From positions 119,040,001 through 119,104,000 of the forward strand of contig NC_043001.1 in the NCBI RefSeq assembly GCF_006345805.1: DNA of 64,000 nucleotides, written 5' to 3'. The position numbers and the translations under genes are program-made. A model generated the notes under the pieces. It had not been told where the DNA came from, made no database searches, and saw nothing but the letters and a program-made list of their open reading frames with translations. This document shows positions 50,951-63,539 of this stretch, piece by piece (positions within the stretch are counted from its first letter, which is position 1; each line of letters begins with the position of its first letter). The DNA comes from Octopus sinensis. Taxonomy: Eukaryota.

Positions 50951-51951
50951 AATCACTGACCCCAATAAAATTCACTACTCTAAATACGCGTCATTAATCA
51001 CTTCTTTATTGCTTTCCAGCACACTGAACGGGGCTATATCTTTCATGGTACTTGATATTTGTGAGCCTTTGTCTTCAGTAATGCATTACTCTTGAGCACA
51101 TTAGTTTTCAGGATTTCAACTGAAGAAGTGCCAACAATAATATCAAACTCAAAACTTTCGTATTTTCAAATGCTGAGTTTGAAAGAACTGTAAGTTTAAG
51201 CATCGCCACATCCTGCTATCATCGAAACGCTTGCATGTGAAATTCGTGAACAGATTTTTTCAACGATAATCCGTCAGATAAGCTCGAAAGGTTTGCACAG
51301 ACCCTTGATCTCTGGAGTAAACAGACAAGAAACACGGACAGCGTTTGCATGAACTTTTCACTTCACCTGAACTCATATTCATCTACATATCCACATTTAG
51401 CACCTTCATAGATATCCACCGCATCGCAAGCACAATTTGCTCATTTACTTAATTTACACTTACCTACACCACTATAGATTGTACTCTCTTGCTAAAAGCA
51501 CTGATAAGATCACCTAAAGTACGTTTCTGTACTACATAAGTACAAAAGACTTGATTAGAAAGTCAAATTAATAGCTTCGAATCCTTTACAAAGGAAATAG
51601 GTCAATTCCATTGTGTAATAGTTTAAGGCCATCGTTAGCTCATCGATTGATTATTATTGATCTTTTACATCTATGTCAATTTTATATCCTCATTCTCTTT
51701 AAATTTTTTCCTGGGAATTAGTTTAGTATGGAAGTAAGAGTGAATTATACACGCACACGAACACACGTACATAACATACAATATACACACGTATAACAAC
51801 CCCTATATATACATCCGTACATATATACATATAGTTGGAATTTACAGAAAAACAAAAGACGAAGACAGGTGTATAAACAACAAACAGGTGTATTAGTTTA
51901 ACGTTCATGTATTGTACTGACTCATTTTATGTTGGTTTTTGAATGTCGCAG

Positions 51952-52109
51952 GGGCATTGAGATGAATAAACGCGCACAGTGTAATATGATGAATGTTTTC
52001 AAAAATAGATGAATACATTGAGCTTGGATGACAGTCTTTGAGTACAAAGGTACAAAAGGTGAAATCAATTGATACCAAGATATGTTTCTTGCTTTGTAGC
52101 TTATACAAG
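51952..52109 (+). other. Candidate non-coding/UTR exon
   Basis: TACTGAC branch motif ~30 nt upstream of TCGCAG|; donor CAAG|GTAAGT; an alternative acceptor at 52099 gives a 10-nt exon; no ORF. Confidence 0.35.
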
Positions 52110-52284
52110 GTAAGTCTATTTTATTATATTCGTTGCATTCACCGTGCGTATTTATTAATTGTGAGAAAGTTGTGGTTTTGGAGTGTTAGCTCTTCTTTCT
52201 AGCAAGTGGTATTCTGATACCCTACTTTATTCATTTGAACATTTTACCTATATAGGTTAAGTTTACTGGTCACATATTTAATAT

Positions 52285-52560
52285 TATTGAGTGAGAGAGC
52301 AGCTCATGTCATTAAAGTGACAGTTAAAAATATACGAAGCCCAATATACTCATAATAACTACCCGTCTGATAAGGGTATGCCAGGCACATGCATCACAGC
52401 CATATGTACGCGACGTGTTCATCTTATATTAAGATAAACAGCACATGACCTTGCAGGTGGGGCCCACTTGAAAATTTTGTTAGGTTGAGTCGCCCATCCT
52501 GCTCAAAATGTCCATGAATAAAGTTTGCTTAAAGATGATGAACAAAGCACCCATGTTTCC
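52285..52560 (-). mobile_element. Element E, 5'-truncated, diverged
   Basis: ATTATTGAGTGAGAGAGCAG...CACCCATGTTTCC; retains the tail end and lacks the head. Confidence 0.8.
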
Positions 52561-53337
52561 ATGTTACGTTATATATATATATGTGTGTGTGTGTGTATGT
52601 ATATGAATGTATGTATGTGCGTGTGTGTGTATGTATATGAATGTATGTATGTGCGTGTCTGTGTATTTATATGAATGTATGTGAGTGGGTGTGTGTGTTC
52701 GTGCGCACGCGCGCGTGTATGACTATGTATTATCAGATCTCGAAGTCTTCTGAACAGTATCATTTCATCACTACTAGACAAAATGAGAAAAACAAATGGA
52801 ACCGATTCAGTATGTTGCATAGAAACTACGGAACACCAGTCTTCAGTGATTATATTCATTTATAAGTATTTTTTAATTACATCTCATATTTTTGAAACTA
52901 CAATGCCTTCTATATTTTTATGACGGCATCTGGTTTGGGATTAATCAAATTTAACCAACGAAGCGAGTTCAAGCAGCCGATTTTACATTTTAAAGCTCCT
53001 CTTTTCTTTTGCTTTTCTTTTTTCTTTCCCAAAACCTGTTCAGCCATATTTGATTTTTGATTTTTGATTTTTTTTCTTCTTTTGGCTGTGTACAAGCAGA
53101 GCTGGAGAAAATTTATTTTCATTACGATGAATTCACATTTGTCTGGTACCACATCTATGGTAGCTTTCTGTACAGATTAATATTTTTATTTATTTATTTA
53201 GTAACTGTGCAGGTCTCCATTCTAAAATGATATATATCTTGATAATTCGTTTTTCATTTCCTTCTCATCCCAATCATTCAAACGATTATACTCATTTATA
53301 AATGTTGTCTAATTACATCTTTGAGTATTTGAACAAG

Positions 53338-53520
<183 letters not shown>

Positions 53521-53645
53521 TTTCTATGTAATATCTCTTTTTGGTTTAGTTAAATTTAACCGGTAAAACCGATTTGAAGCAGCCTATTTTACAGTTAATA
53601 GTTCTATGTTTAAAAACCTGTTCCAGCATGTTTGATTTAAAAAAC

Positions 53646-53699
<54 letters not shown>

Positions 53700-54030
53700 G
53701 TTTTTTTTTGGCTGAAGACAAGGAAATTTTAAAATACACCTTCTTTATACCTGGCAATTATCTTGACGTGACTGATATTTTGTTGTTAATCAATATCTTC
53801 GGGGATGTTAGAAACGTTAATTATTTCTGTGATTTTAACCTTTCTTGGATGGGCGTGGTCAATGAATCATCTAACGTAACTTGCCCGGGAACCTAGTACA
53901 GTCTATGAGCACCTCGCCTTGCGTTTCTAGTAAGAGAGGCAGATGTGTGATGTGTAATTTAGACTATTTACTACACCTTTCCTTCATAAAAAGGATGTTT
54001 CTGGTAAACTGAAGCGAATTAGTTTGCGTA

Positions 54031-54065
54031 TATATAGTTTGCGTATATATTAGTTTACGTATATA

Positions 54066-54115
<50 letters not shown>

Positions 54116-54134
54116 GTAAACTAATATATACGCA

Positions 54135-54143
<9 letters not shown>
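54031..54143. repeat. Perfect 40-bp inverted repeat around (TA)n
   Basis: 54031-54070 is the reverse complement of 54104-54143. Confidence 0.9.
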
Positions 54144-54174
<31 letters not shown>

Positions 54175-54833
54175 CTGCAAATTCCGTAGCGCCAGCTTTT
54201 ATCACCAAGTCCGAATCAACTTCCAACTGCTCTTTCAGTTCATGACACACATTCAGTCGTGACTGCTTTTGATTTTCCGTGAGGAAGCGAGGTACGAATT
54301 TTGCTGCAACTCATTCAATTCGCAATTCCTCATTAAAACTTCGTTGGCAGGAGATCCAGGACACACCAGTCGTATCAACAAGTTTGTTAGTTGTTCGGTG
54401 ATGGACCTCGAAGATTAGTCCACGAATTTTCATTATGTTTTCAATCGTTCGGAAAGTTGACGGTCGCCTTAAATGAGGTTGGTCTTCAAGCGGCAACTGA
54501 CTATTCCTAAAGTGTGAAAACCACTCGTAAACTTATGTTTTGCTCATGGCAATATCCTTGTAAGCTGTTTGGAGCATGACAACTGTTTTGGTTCTCGTTT
54601 TCCCCAACAGAAAACAGAATTTCACGGAAATACGCTGTTCCTTCGTTTCAGCCATCACAAAAATCGATAGAGGAGAAGCACTGCAAAACATAGTCACATC
54701 ACGTGGTAGTACGACCCCACTGCACAAACGCCGGTCGGCAGAATGAAGTGGCTTCTTGCGGTGGAAGCCCGAACTACAACGGGCTTGTTCAACAGAGAAG
54801 GTTCCCGCTTACTTTTGGGTACCTCATCGTGTA
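54175..54833 (-). mobile_element. Mariner transposon 5' half (pseudogene)
   Basis: TIR-like TACACGATGAGGTACCCAAAAGTAAGCGG; ATG at 54655: MAETKEQRISVKFCFLLGKT...VYEWF...LEDQPHLRRPST...VAAKFVPRFLTENQKQSRL. Confidence 0.9.
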
Positions 54834-54844
54834 TGTATATATAA

Positions 54845-55075
54845 ATCTCAGGGTAGCAAAAAAGTTTAAAAATTTTTTGCTACCAGTGGTCTAGCAAGAA
54901 GAAAAAGACTAGTCAATAGACTATATATTATTCATATATATACACAGTGTACATTTAAACACATAAGAGATGGCCATAATAGGACATCTGACCCGCTAGA
55001 AGGTTTGGAGTTTAACTTCTCCTTCTAGCGAGTCAGATGTCCTATTATGGCCATCTCTTATGTGTTTAAATGTAC

Positions 55076-55076
<1 letters not shown>
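54845..55076. mobile_element. Fold-back Penelope-like terminal element in (TA)n
   Basis: 56-bp arms 54948-55003 and 55021-55076 (1 mismatch); 17-nt spacer; tail 54845-54947 shares GGGTAG..ACCAGTGGTCTAGCA with 41865-41940. Confidence 0.65.
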
Positions 55077-55172
<96 letters not shown>

Positions 55173-56006
55173 TATATACATATATATATATATTCTTTCT
55201 TAGTTCGTTTAACCCTTTCTGCAAAGAAGCTGCTGGATTTCTAACGCTGAACGGAAAAAAACGTAATCGCAGGAAGTTTGAGAGAAACAATAGTAAAGGA
55301 TTACATATTGAATTTAAATGAATTCTTAAATAGTGTTACTGTTCCGTTTACAGATTGTATTGGCTAGGTGTGTGTTAGATTTTTCGAGATTATTGCTTTG
55401 TCATTTTGTAAAATGTATGTGTATGTTTGGATGCCTGTCTCATTTCTATTTATTAGAAATAGTTCGGGGTGTAAAAATCAGGTTTCTAACAAACAAACAA
55501 AGCCCCTTCAGTGGTTTTGGATGACAACAACACTAAGCTTTACATGCTGAACTTTAGAAAAGTATTGCATATATTTATCTTTCCACTTATCGATTGCATT
55601 GTAAAAGTGGGTTAGTCTCTGACTTTGGCTGAGAATTCTGTTCCCAGATTGTCTCTTAGACATTTACTCACGTAAATGATAATTTTTTGGTATATTATAT
55701 ATATATATATTATATATATATATATTATTTATTATCAGAATAGAGGAGCTGTATATTTGGAAGTTATGTATGTATGTATGTATGTATGTATGTATGTATG
55801 TATGTATGTATGTATGTATGTATGTATGTATGTATGTATGTATGAATGTATGTATGTATGTATGAATGTATTTATCTGAGAGTCTAAGTGTGTATGGAAA
55901 TATATCTTCAAGCACGGCACGCATGCAAGTACATAACCCTAGTTATCGTGTCTGTGAGAATATGTGTATTTATTTAGCAAAAGTGACAGAAAAGGAAAGA
56001 TAGATA

Positions 56007-56052
<46 letters not shown>

Positions 56053-56143
56053 AAGAAAGAAGCAAACAGATAAACAAATAGACTATGGGGTCCCTGTATC
56101 TAAAATACAAGCAGCTGATAGAGAAATAAAGAGACGACTAAAA

Positions 56144-56242
<99 letters not shown>

Positions 56243-56664
56243 CGAGAGAAACCAGAAAGAGACAGAAAGAGAGAGAGAGAGGAGGAGGAGGAGGATAAAG
56301 GAAAAGCGCGAGAGTAAGACTAGGATATAAGTAGATAATCAAATAAAGTGTTAGAGTGCGACTCTATTTTTCGAAAATGATGAGCAGCTGGATAGATTAA
56401 TTAGATGGTTTGATATATGTGTGTATGTGTGTGTATATATATATATACATATATATCTGTGTATGTCTGTATGTCTTCATGTATATGTATATGTGTGTGA
56501 GTGTATACATATATGTGTGTATCTATTATCCATGTAAGTATGAATGGATGGATATATAATTAGAGAGTTCAATTTGATAGACAGGCAGATGAGAGGCGTT
56601 CAAAGAGATTTTCGTCCAGTCATCTTCATTAATTCCCTTTATCAGCGACATCTGATGTTGACAG

Positions 56665-56757
56665 ATGGAGGTGGAGTTGCAGCCAATATTGAATCGTGAC
56701 GAAACTTTAAATGCAATTGTTGCTGGAATTGTTCCTAAGAAACAGAGAAACACATCA
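56665..56757 (+). CDS. Possible short coding exon, product unknown
   Basis: ATG..93 nt open (MEVELQPILNRDETLNAIVAGIVPKKQRNTS) ending at TCA|GTGAGT; other frames closed; no homology recognised. Confidence 0.2.
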
Positions 56758-57916
56758 GTGAGTTGCTAATCGATTGTGTCTATTTGAGACAACGTAAACA
56801 TATCGTTTCAAATTCAACAAAAAGAAATTGGTCCCTCTTTCAGTCATGAACGTAAATGATTGAATGGGTCTAGTCTGAAAGGACACCCATCAAACAGTAC
56901 TTCTCGAGTCTCTTCTCGTCGTTCATTTACGTTGAAGGCCGGAATTATATATGTTCTAATATATCGAGCGGAGTATATAGTTAACTAAATGACAAAGGAA
57001 AATAGACATCGGGGTCTAAAATAGGATACTCGAAAAGAGGACATATACAACCGACGCTCACACACACACACACGCATTATACATAGGCATTAATGTAAGT
57101 GTCTGTTTGTATAAACAATCCTTGTATATATAAATGCGACTCTAAAACATACATCTATTATATAAATGTATTATATGTATTATATAAGTGAGTATGTGTA
57201 AGTTACATATCTACGCAACTGAACTTCTTTACATAGGGGCACATCTTTTCAAAGAGAAGGTTATAAGCTTTGTATATTTTCGTATTCTTTCTACAAGCTG
57301 GTATAAGGTAGAGTATCGCTTATATATATATAAGACTGTCCCATACAGAACATTGTCAATTTGTTAACGACTACGATCGCACTTTGCACTTATATCATAG
57401 TTGCACTACCTCCCCATCATGGGGTCCCACAATGAGTACATACAGCCTAAAACCAAAACCAAGGCTCTATCGTTTAATCGCCGACCGCGCTTAAACGAAG
57501 GACGTAGCCACACGCGCCACCTGAGAATCGTGAACAGTAACTACTTCCGCCTATAATAACACTCTCTAATGCCCTACGAGCAATGAAATCACAGGAGGCG
57601 TGGCACTTTTTGTAGCAGACACACATGCCATTGCAACGGCTGCAACAAAAGGTCAGTTGCTTGCTCGGGGTTCCAAAACTCTTGGGTATTGTCTTGCGTT
57701 TGGAGTAGAGAAAAGGAACCCAAAACAATACTTGCACATCAAGTTTTATAATGACAAATGCTTGTGCGACACAGACAAGACTGCCAGAAACTACTAACAC
57801 TTTGGGTTTCCAGTGAGAGCGTTCGTCTCCGATGTAGATGTCCATATATATATATGTAAATGCGCACTGCATAGCCATTGACTATATTGAGTTCATTTGC
57901 TCTGTTTTTCATTCAG

Positions 57917-58028
57917 CAGAGCCTCCAAAAATCACTCCACTCACCAACTGGGCTTCCTGTTTAGCCCTCAACAGCCATACGATGTACAGGTTGTACTAGC
58001 CGACATGGTTACCAGCAGTAGATATCTG
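57917..58028 (+). other. Candidate exon
   Basis: Acceptor CTCTGTTTTTCATTCAG|CAG, donor CTG|GTAAGA; one frame open (RASKNHSTHQLGFLFSPQQPYDVQVVLADMVTSSRYL). Confidence 0.25.
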
Positions 58029-58289
58029 GTAAGAAATCTAACATGACATAAACACATACATGTACGTGCATACATAAGATAAAGAAGATATGCAGATATT
58101 CATATCTGCTATATATGAAGCGTTCATATCTGCACATATGAAGCGTTCAGCAGAGCAGATACTATTCTGTAGCGTTGGTGGTGGTGGTGGTGGGGGGGAA
58201 GAAGCAGCGTGTAGAAACGATGTATCTGATACAGTAGTTGTAGTACATTGGTAAGTGAATCTTAGTTAATCAGTTGTATGTTCCCTTAT

Positions 58290-58605
58290 GTGGAGGCGCA
58301 ATTGCCCAGTGGTTAGGGCAGCGGACTCGCGGTGGGAGGATTGCGGTTTCGATTCCCAGACCGGGCGTTGTGTGTGTTTATTGAGCGAAAACACCTAAAC
58401 CTCCACGAGTCTCTGGCAGGGGGTGGTGGTGACCCCTGTTGTACTCTTTCACCCCAACTTTCTCTCACTGTCTCTTCCTGTTTCTTGAGTAACGCTGCGA
58501 TGGACTGGCGTCCCGTCCAGCTGGGGGGAACACATACGTCACAGAAACCGGGAAATCGGGCCCCACGAGCCTGGCAAGGTTTGAAAAGGGCGCATCAATA
58601 AATAA
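58290..58605 (+). mobile_element. tRNA SINE body A + tail 3 with 12-bp TSD
   Basis: ATGTTCCCTTAT at 58278-58289 and 58606-58617. Confidence 0.9.
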
Positions 58606-59418
58606 ATGTTCCCTTATAGTTTGATTCCATCTGACATTTTAATGCATATTAGAGTAACAGAACCTTCCATACGGACCTGAACAATACTTCAGTGTAAGCC
58701 TTATATCAACTTTGTAGAAGATTAGTAACTAATATAAACCTTCCTTTAGCTGGTACACTGGTCTGTACTGGTCTGTTTCTGGTAGCATTTCCCACATAAT
58801 CTACCATATATTTCTGACATTTTAATGAACTAAAGTATCTGCACTCAAAACACGATGATTTTTCTTCTTTTTTGTTTACATATGAAAATATGTTTGGAAG
58901 TATGTGATTTTGCGCGTGTGCGTGCGCGTGTTTGGTTAGGTGTGTGTGCGTGTTTCGAATCTGATGAATGTTGCTATTCTCGGTGTCGATGAACAGGGAA
59001 TCTGAGTCAGCAACCGCCTAGCTGTAAACATCAAAACTACCAGGGCATGAAACTCTAGCAGGGTTACAATAGACTATTTTGCAATGCAGGAAGAAGAAAA
59101 AAGAAAATAATGTCTCATGTTTCTGTGAAATTTAGACCAGTGATCAGACAACGTACATATATGCACAAACATTAGACTCACCCCACACTCTATTCCATGT
59201 TTAATCAATTCTAATTCATTTTAATTTCTTGAGTCACTACATCAAGTTTGCATGCACCCACTTTATTGTTATAAGGTTTCATGTTGCAGGGGTCTCTGGA
59301 TATTTTTTGTACTCATTCTTCTTTCTTTCTCTTTCTCTCTATCTCTCTCTTCCCTCATTCCAAATCACGCTCCGCCTCAGCATGGCTGTAGTCCAATGAC
59401 AGAAACGACTAACGAACA

Positions 59419-59462
<44 letters not shown>

Positions 59463-59569
59463 GCACACACAAATTATACATACACATTTATATGTATTTA
59501 TGTATATATAGAAAAAGAAGAAAATCGAAAAGATAAAAGATATCGACACACATACATGGAGATCGGTGC

Positions 59570-59660
<91 letters not shown>

Positions 59661-59990
59661 CTGTTGGAATGATTGTGAATGGTGACTGAAGGTGGAAAAG
59701 GAATATTCAATGGGGATACTATCGGATTAATTCGTCTGTCTAGCTTTTAGATTGAAACAAGAAAAAAAGAAAATGGAAGCGGCTGATGAGAGTAGAATGA
59801 AATGAAGTGTGAGAGAAAATATAAGACACAGAGAAAGGGAAGGAGGAAGAGAGAGAGAGAGAGAGAGAGAGAGGCAGAAAGAGGCAGAGAGGGAGAGAGA
59901 AAGCTTGGGGAGGTTCAAAAGAGGGAGATTTGGGAAAGCTTTGAGAAAGAGTGTGAGAGGAGAAATGAGTGACTGAGTATGTGTGTGTGT

Positions 59991-60040
<50 letters not shown>

Positions 60041-60319
60041 TAGAGAGAGAGAGAGAGAAAGAGAGAAACGCGAAGTATTTAACAGAAATCCTAAAGAATT
60101 AATTCCTGGCCATTTTTAGTCGAGAAAAGAAACAAAAACACGCAATGAATGAAATCTGGGACAACAGCAACATGTACATTTAATATATCACTGGAACAGA
60201 CGACCAAATAGACATTAACTCAGACCGTATGATACTGTATGGAATTATGTTCAGTTAATTAGCAATCAAATGTAAGTCATAGATAATTGCAGACGATTGT
60301 TGCAGAAAAGAAGCATAAT

Positions 60320-60320
60320 A

Positions 60321-60382
<62 letters not shown>

Positions 60383-60452
60383 TAATAATAATAATAATAT
60401 AATAATAATAATAATAATATGATAATAATAATATAATGATATAATAATAATA

Positions 60453-60493
<41 letters not shown>

Positions 60494-60545
60494 TAATAAT
60501 AATAATAATGATAATAATAATAATAATGATAACAATAATAACAAC
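60320..60545. repeat. (AAT)n array
   Basis: Direct reading. Confidence 0.95.
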
Positions 60546-61039
60546 GGCAAACAAAGCTTCAGTTTGTAGTGGCCGACTGATGTGTCTGTCTGTCGTCTTC
60601 TCTGATTTCATGAAATTCTTGAATTCGAGAAATATTTTTATATTTTGTTTTTTTTGTGGTGAAAATGTGATCAGTCTATTAACCTCGTATTTAGTGGTTT
60701 TGTTTACTTGCTTTACTTTAGACGGACGGTGTATTCTTCTATTTTCTTCTGGAATCATATTTTACACGCATTCTCAGACACATGTATATACGCAACACAC
60801 ATAGATATATTGGCACAAAAATAATGCTTCTAAAGATTATACTCTGACTGTTGAATCGACTGCAGAATCTTTGAGCTGTTATTTTATCTTCCCTTCCTTC
60901 GCCTTACAATATTGTCGATATGGCCGTGTTTCTGCCAGATATGGTTAGACCACCCCACTCAAAACATACCATACAAAATATGCGATATTTAGTTACAGAT
61001 CCTTAAGCTTCAGTTCACAACCTTTTCTAGGTTTATACA

Positions 61040-61310
61040 CTAGGGTGATGCACTCGCGATCGCCAGATCCTGGTTTCTGTTTCTAGACCGGGTGAGCAAA
61101 ACACTTCATTTCGCATTGCTCTCTGCAACCACTTCGACACTTGACGCGGGGTACAACGTGCCCCTGGTCAGGCAACATCGATTTGATGGAGAGAGTGAGC
61201 TTAATGTACAAACCATGCATTTGATCACTATGAACAAATCATTTGAGAAGGTCGTTAGGCAGAAAGCTGAACACTCATACGTCGTCTTCGGCGGGAGAGT
61301 TCTTCGATAT
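61040..61310 (+). mobile_element. Degenerate CORE-type SINE with another tail
   Basis: GAGCAAAACACTTCATTTCGCATTGCTC followed by ~200 bp not seen elsewhere in the window. Confidence 0.45.
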
Positions 61311-61334
61311 GTTTATATATATATATATAATAAT

Positions 61335-61579
61335 AAATATTAGGGAATGAATCCAAAATTACAGGGAAAAATCAGATTTAGGGTTAAATCCAATTTTATA
61401 GTAAAATATTATATAATATAATTCGAGACAAAACCACTATTTTAAAACCAAACAAGGAAAGACTTAATCAATACATAAAATTTTATGTGGCGGTTTATTT
61501 AATTTATATTAAAATTTTATGTATTGATTAAGTCTTTCCTTGTTTGGTTTTAAAATAGTGGTTTTGTCTCGAATTATAT

Positions 61580-61585
<6 letters not shown>
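61335..61585. mobile_element. Fold-back Penelope-like terminal element in (TA)n
   Basis: Perfect 76-bp arms 61410-61485 and 61510-61585; 24-nt spacer; tail 61335-61409. Confidence 0.65.
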
Positions 61586-61636
<51 letters not shown>

Positions 61637-61640
61637 CATA

Positions 61641-62878
61641 CAGGGATCAGACAAAATAATAGAAACACCTTACAATTTCAAACAAATTTATTTTAACATG
61701 GAGTATGCCGTAATTACAGCTTGAATTCTACGAGGTATGGACTCGTATAAAGTTTGAATTGTTCCCAAATGAATTTTTGTCCATTCTTCAGCTAAAACAG
61801 TCTCCAATTCTTGTAGTGATGACGCTGGAGAATATCGACTCCTTACATGTTTTTCCAAAATACACCATAAATATTCAATAATATTGGGATCTGGGGAATG
61901 TGGTGGCCAGGTAAGATGTTCAACTTCGCAAGAATGTTCCTCGTGCCATTCAGTAACAACTTTAGCTGTCTGAATTGGTGCATTATCATTCTGAAAGATT
62001 GCGTTTCCCTCTAGAAACAGTTCCGCAACCACAGGATGAATTTGATCAGATAAAATGCTTAAATAGTCTTGACTGTTAATTCTGCCATGAAGGGAAACCA
62101 TTGGGTTGGCAGATTTCCAAGATGTAGCCCCCCCCCCACAGATCATCACAGACTTGAAGAAGGCAGTCTGGGTCAAATGCTTCTTTTGCCTGTCTCCACA
62201 CGAATACTCGACCGGTGGTCGGAAATACGATAAAGGATGACTCGTCCGAGAAAATAACATATTTCAACTGCTCTAGGGACAAATTCTGTAGGATTTTACT
62301 CCACTCTAAATGCTTTGCAACGTTTGTTTTTGAAAGTAGTGATTTCTTATTGCAGCCCTCCTGTGAAATCCAGCTTTGTGCAGCTTCCGGCGAACAGTTT
62401 TTGTGGAAACTGGGTTCTCGAGGTGATCATTAAGCTCTGCAGTAATTTTGGGAGCTGTACTTTCGTGATCCTTTCTGGCAATTCGGATAAGAGTCCGATG
62501 GTCCCTATCTGAAAGTTTTAGTTCTCTTCTGGAGTTTTGTTTCAACGAGTAGGTTTTTCTTTCTTTCTCAAAGGCTGCCATTATTTTCTAGACATTACTT
62601 ATTGATACACCAAACATTTCAACTGTTTTCGTTTCGCTAGCGCCTGCCATACGAGCACCAACAATTTGACCTCTTTGAAACTTCGATAGATATGTCATTT
62701 TAAATGAATTTCATCTGATGATATCTGAAAAGAAACAGCAATTTTAGTCAAACATATTAAGCAGCACTAATAATAAATCCAAAAACATAAAAATAAACAA
62801 GCTTTTGACGGTTTTATAGATATTTCAAAATTATGATGCTATGATGCTAGGTGTTTCCATTATTTTGTCCAACCCCTG
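61641..62878 (-). mobile_element. Near-full-length Tc1 (DD34E) transposon, frameshifted transposase
   Basis: 29-bp TIRs (25/29 identical) flanked by TA; HTH RTLIRIARKD..STAPKIT, VIFSDESSF, FQNDNAPIQT, WPPHSPDPNIIEYLW. Confidence 0.95.
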
Positions 62879-62889
62879 TATATATATAT

Positions 62890-63050
62890 ATATGTAGCAC
62901 GAAAACACTATGATATCTTGGGTCATTGGCTGATGAGGAAATCAGCTGTGAATATTCTGTGTATCGGGTTTTTGCCAAAATTTCTCGTCCGTTTCTTGTT
63001 TTCGTTTAGCCTTTCGCTTCAGTGGGCTCTTTCTGTTCAACCCTTGATAT
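62890..63050 (+). repeat. Dispersed repeat F in (TA)n (second copy 63885-64000)
   Basis: GCACGAAAACACTATGATATCTTGGGTCATTGGCTGATGAGGAAATCAG... about 85% similar between copies by eye. Confidence 0.7.
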
Positions 63051-63169
63051 ACAAATATATATATATGTGTGTGTGCGTGTGCGTGTGTGGTGTGTGTGTG
63101 TGTTTAAGTGTGTGTGTGTGTGTGTGTGCGTGTGCGTGCGTGCGTGTATATATGTATATATATATACAT

Positions 63170-63495
63170 TTTGGCATTGAAAGCTACACCAATGCCAGAG
63201 CGGGACGACACTGCATAGTGCCAAAGATCCCCGCAACGCCATCGTGCCTCAGGACCAGTTACTGCAACAGCCTGGGTTTCAGGGGCCCACATCATTTTAA
63301 TATTCTCCCAAAATGTCTGAGGAACCTGCACAAAGTCGATGTAAGCATTTTAAAATAAAAGCTGTCGCGAGTCTCATGATCCTACCTCACGACAAGAGGT
63401 GCAAATGAGTGTCACATATTGGAGGAGGCTCTCAGTAATAACAGTGTAGCAAAACGGCAGTGCATCAGCATGGCCGCAGCTATGAGTTGAAACTA
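63170..63495 (+). mobile_element. CR1/L2-type LINE 3' end
   Basis: RAGRHCIVPKIP...NSLGFRGPHHFNILPKCLRNL...ILK*KL; 3' terminus CAGCATGGCCGCAGCTATGAGTTGAAACTA. Confidence 0.8.
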
Positions 63496-63503
63496 TATAT
63501 ATG

Positions 63504-63539
<36 letters not shown>

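Noticed and set aside
62920-62970. CTGATGA as a hammerhead core in repeat F (also ~63920)
   Set aside because: No GAAA and stem III in the right position for any hammerhead topology; only a small GCTGAT/ATCAGC hairpin.
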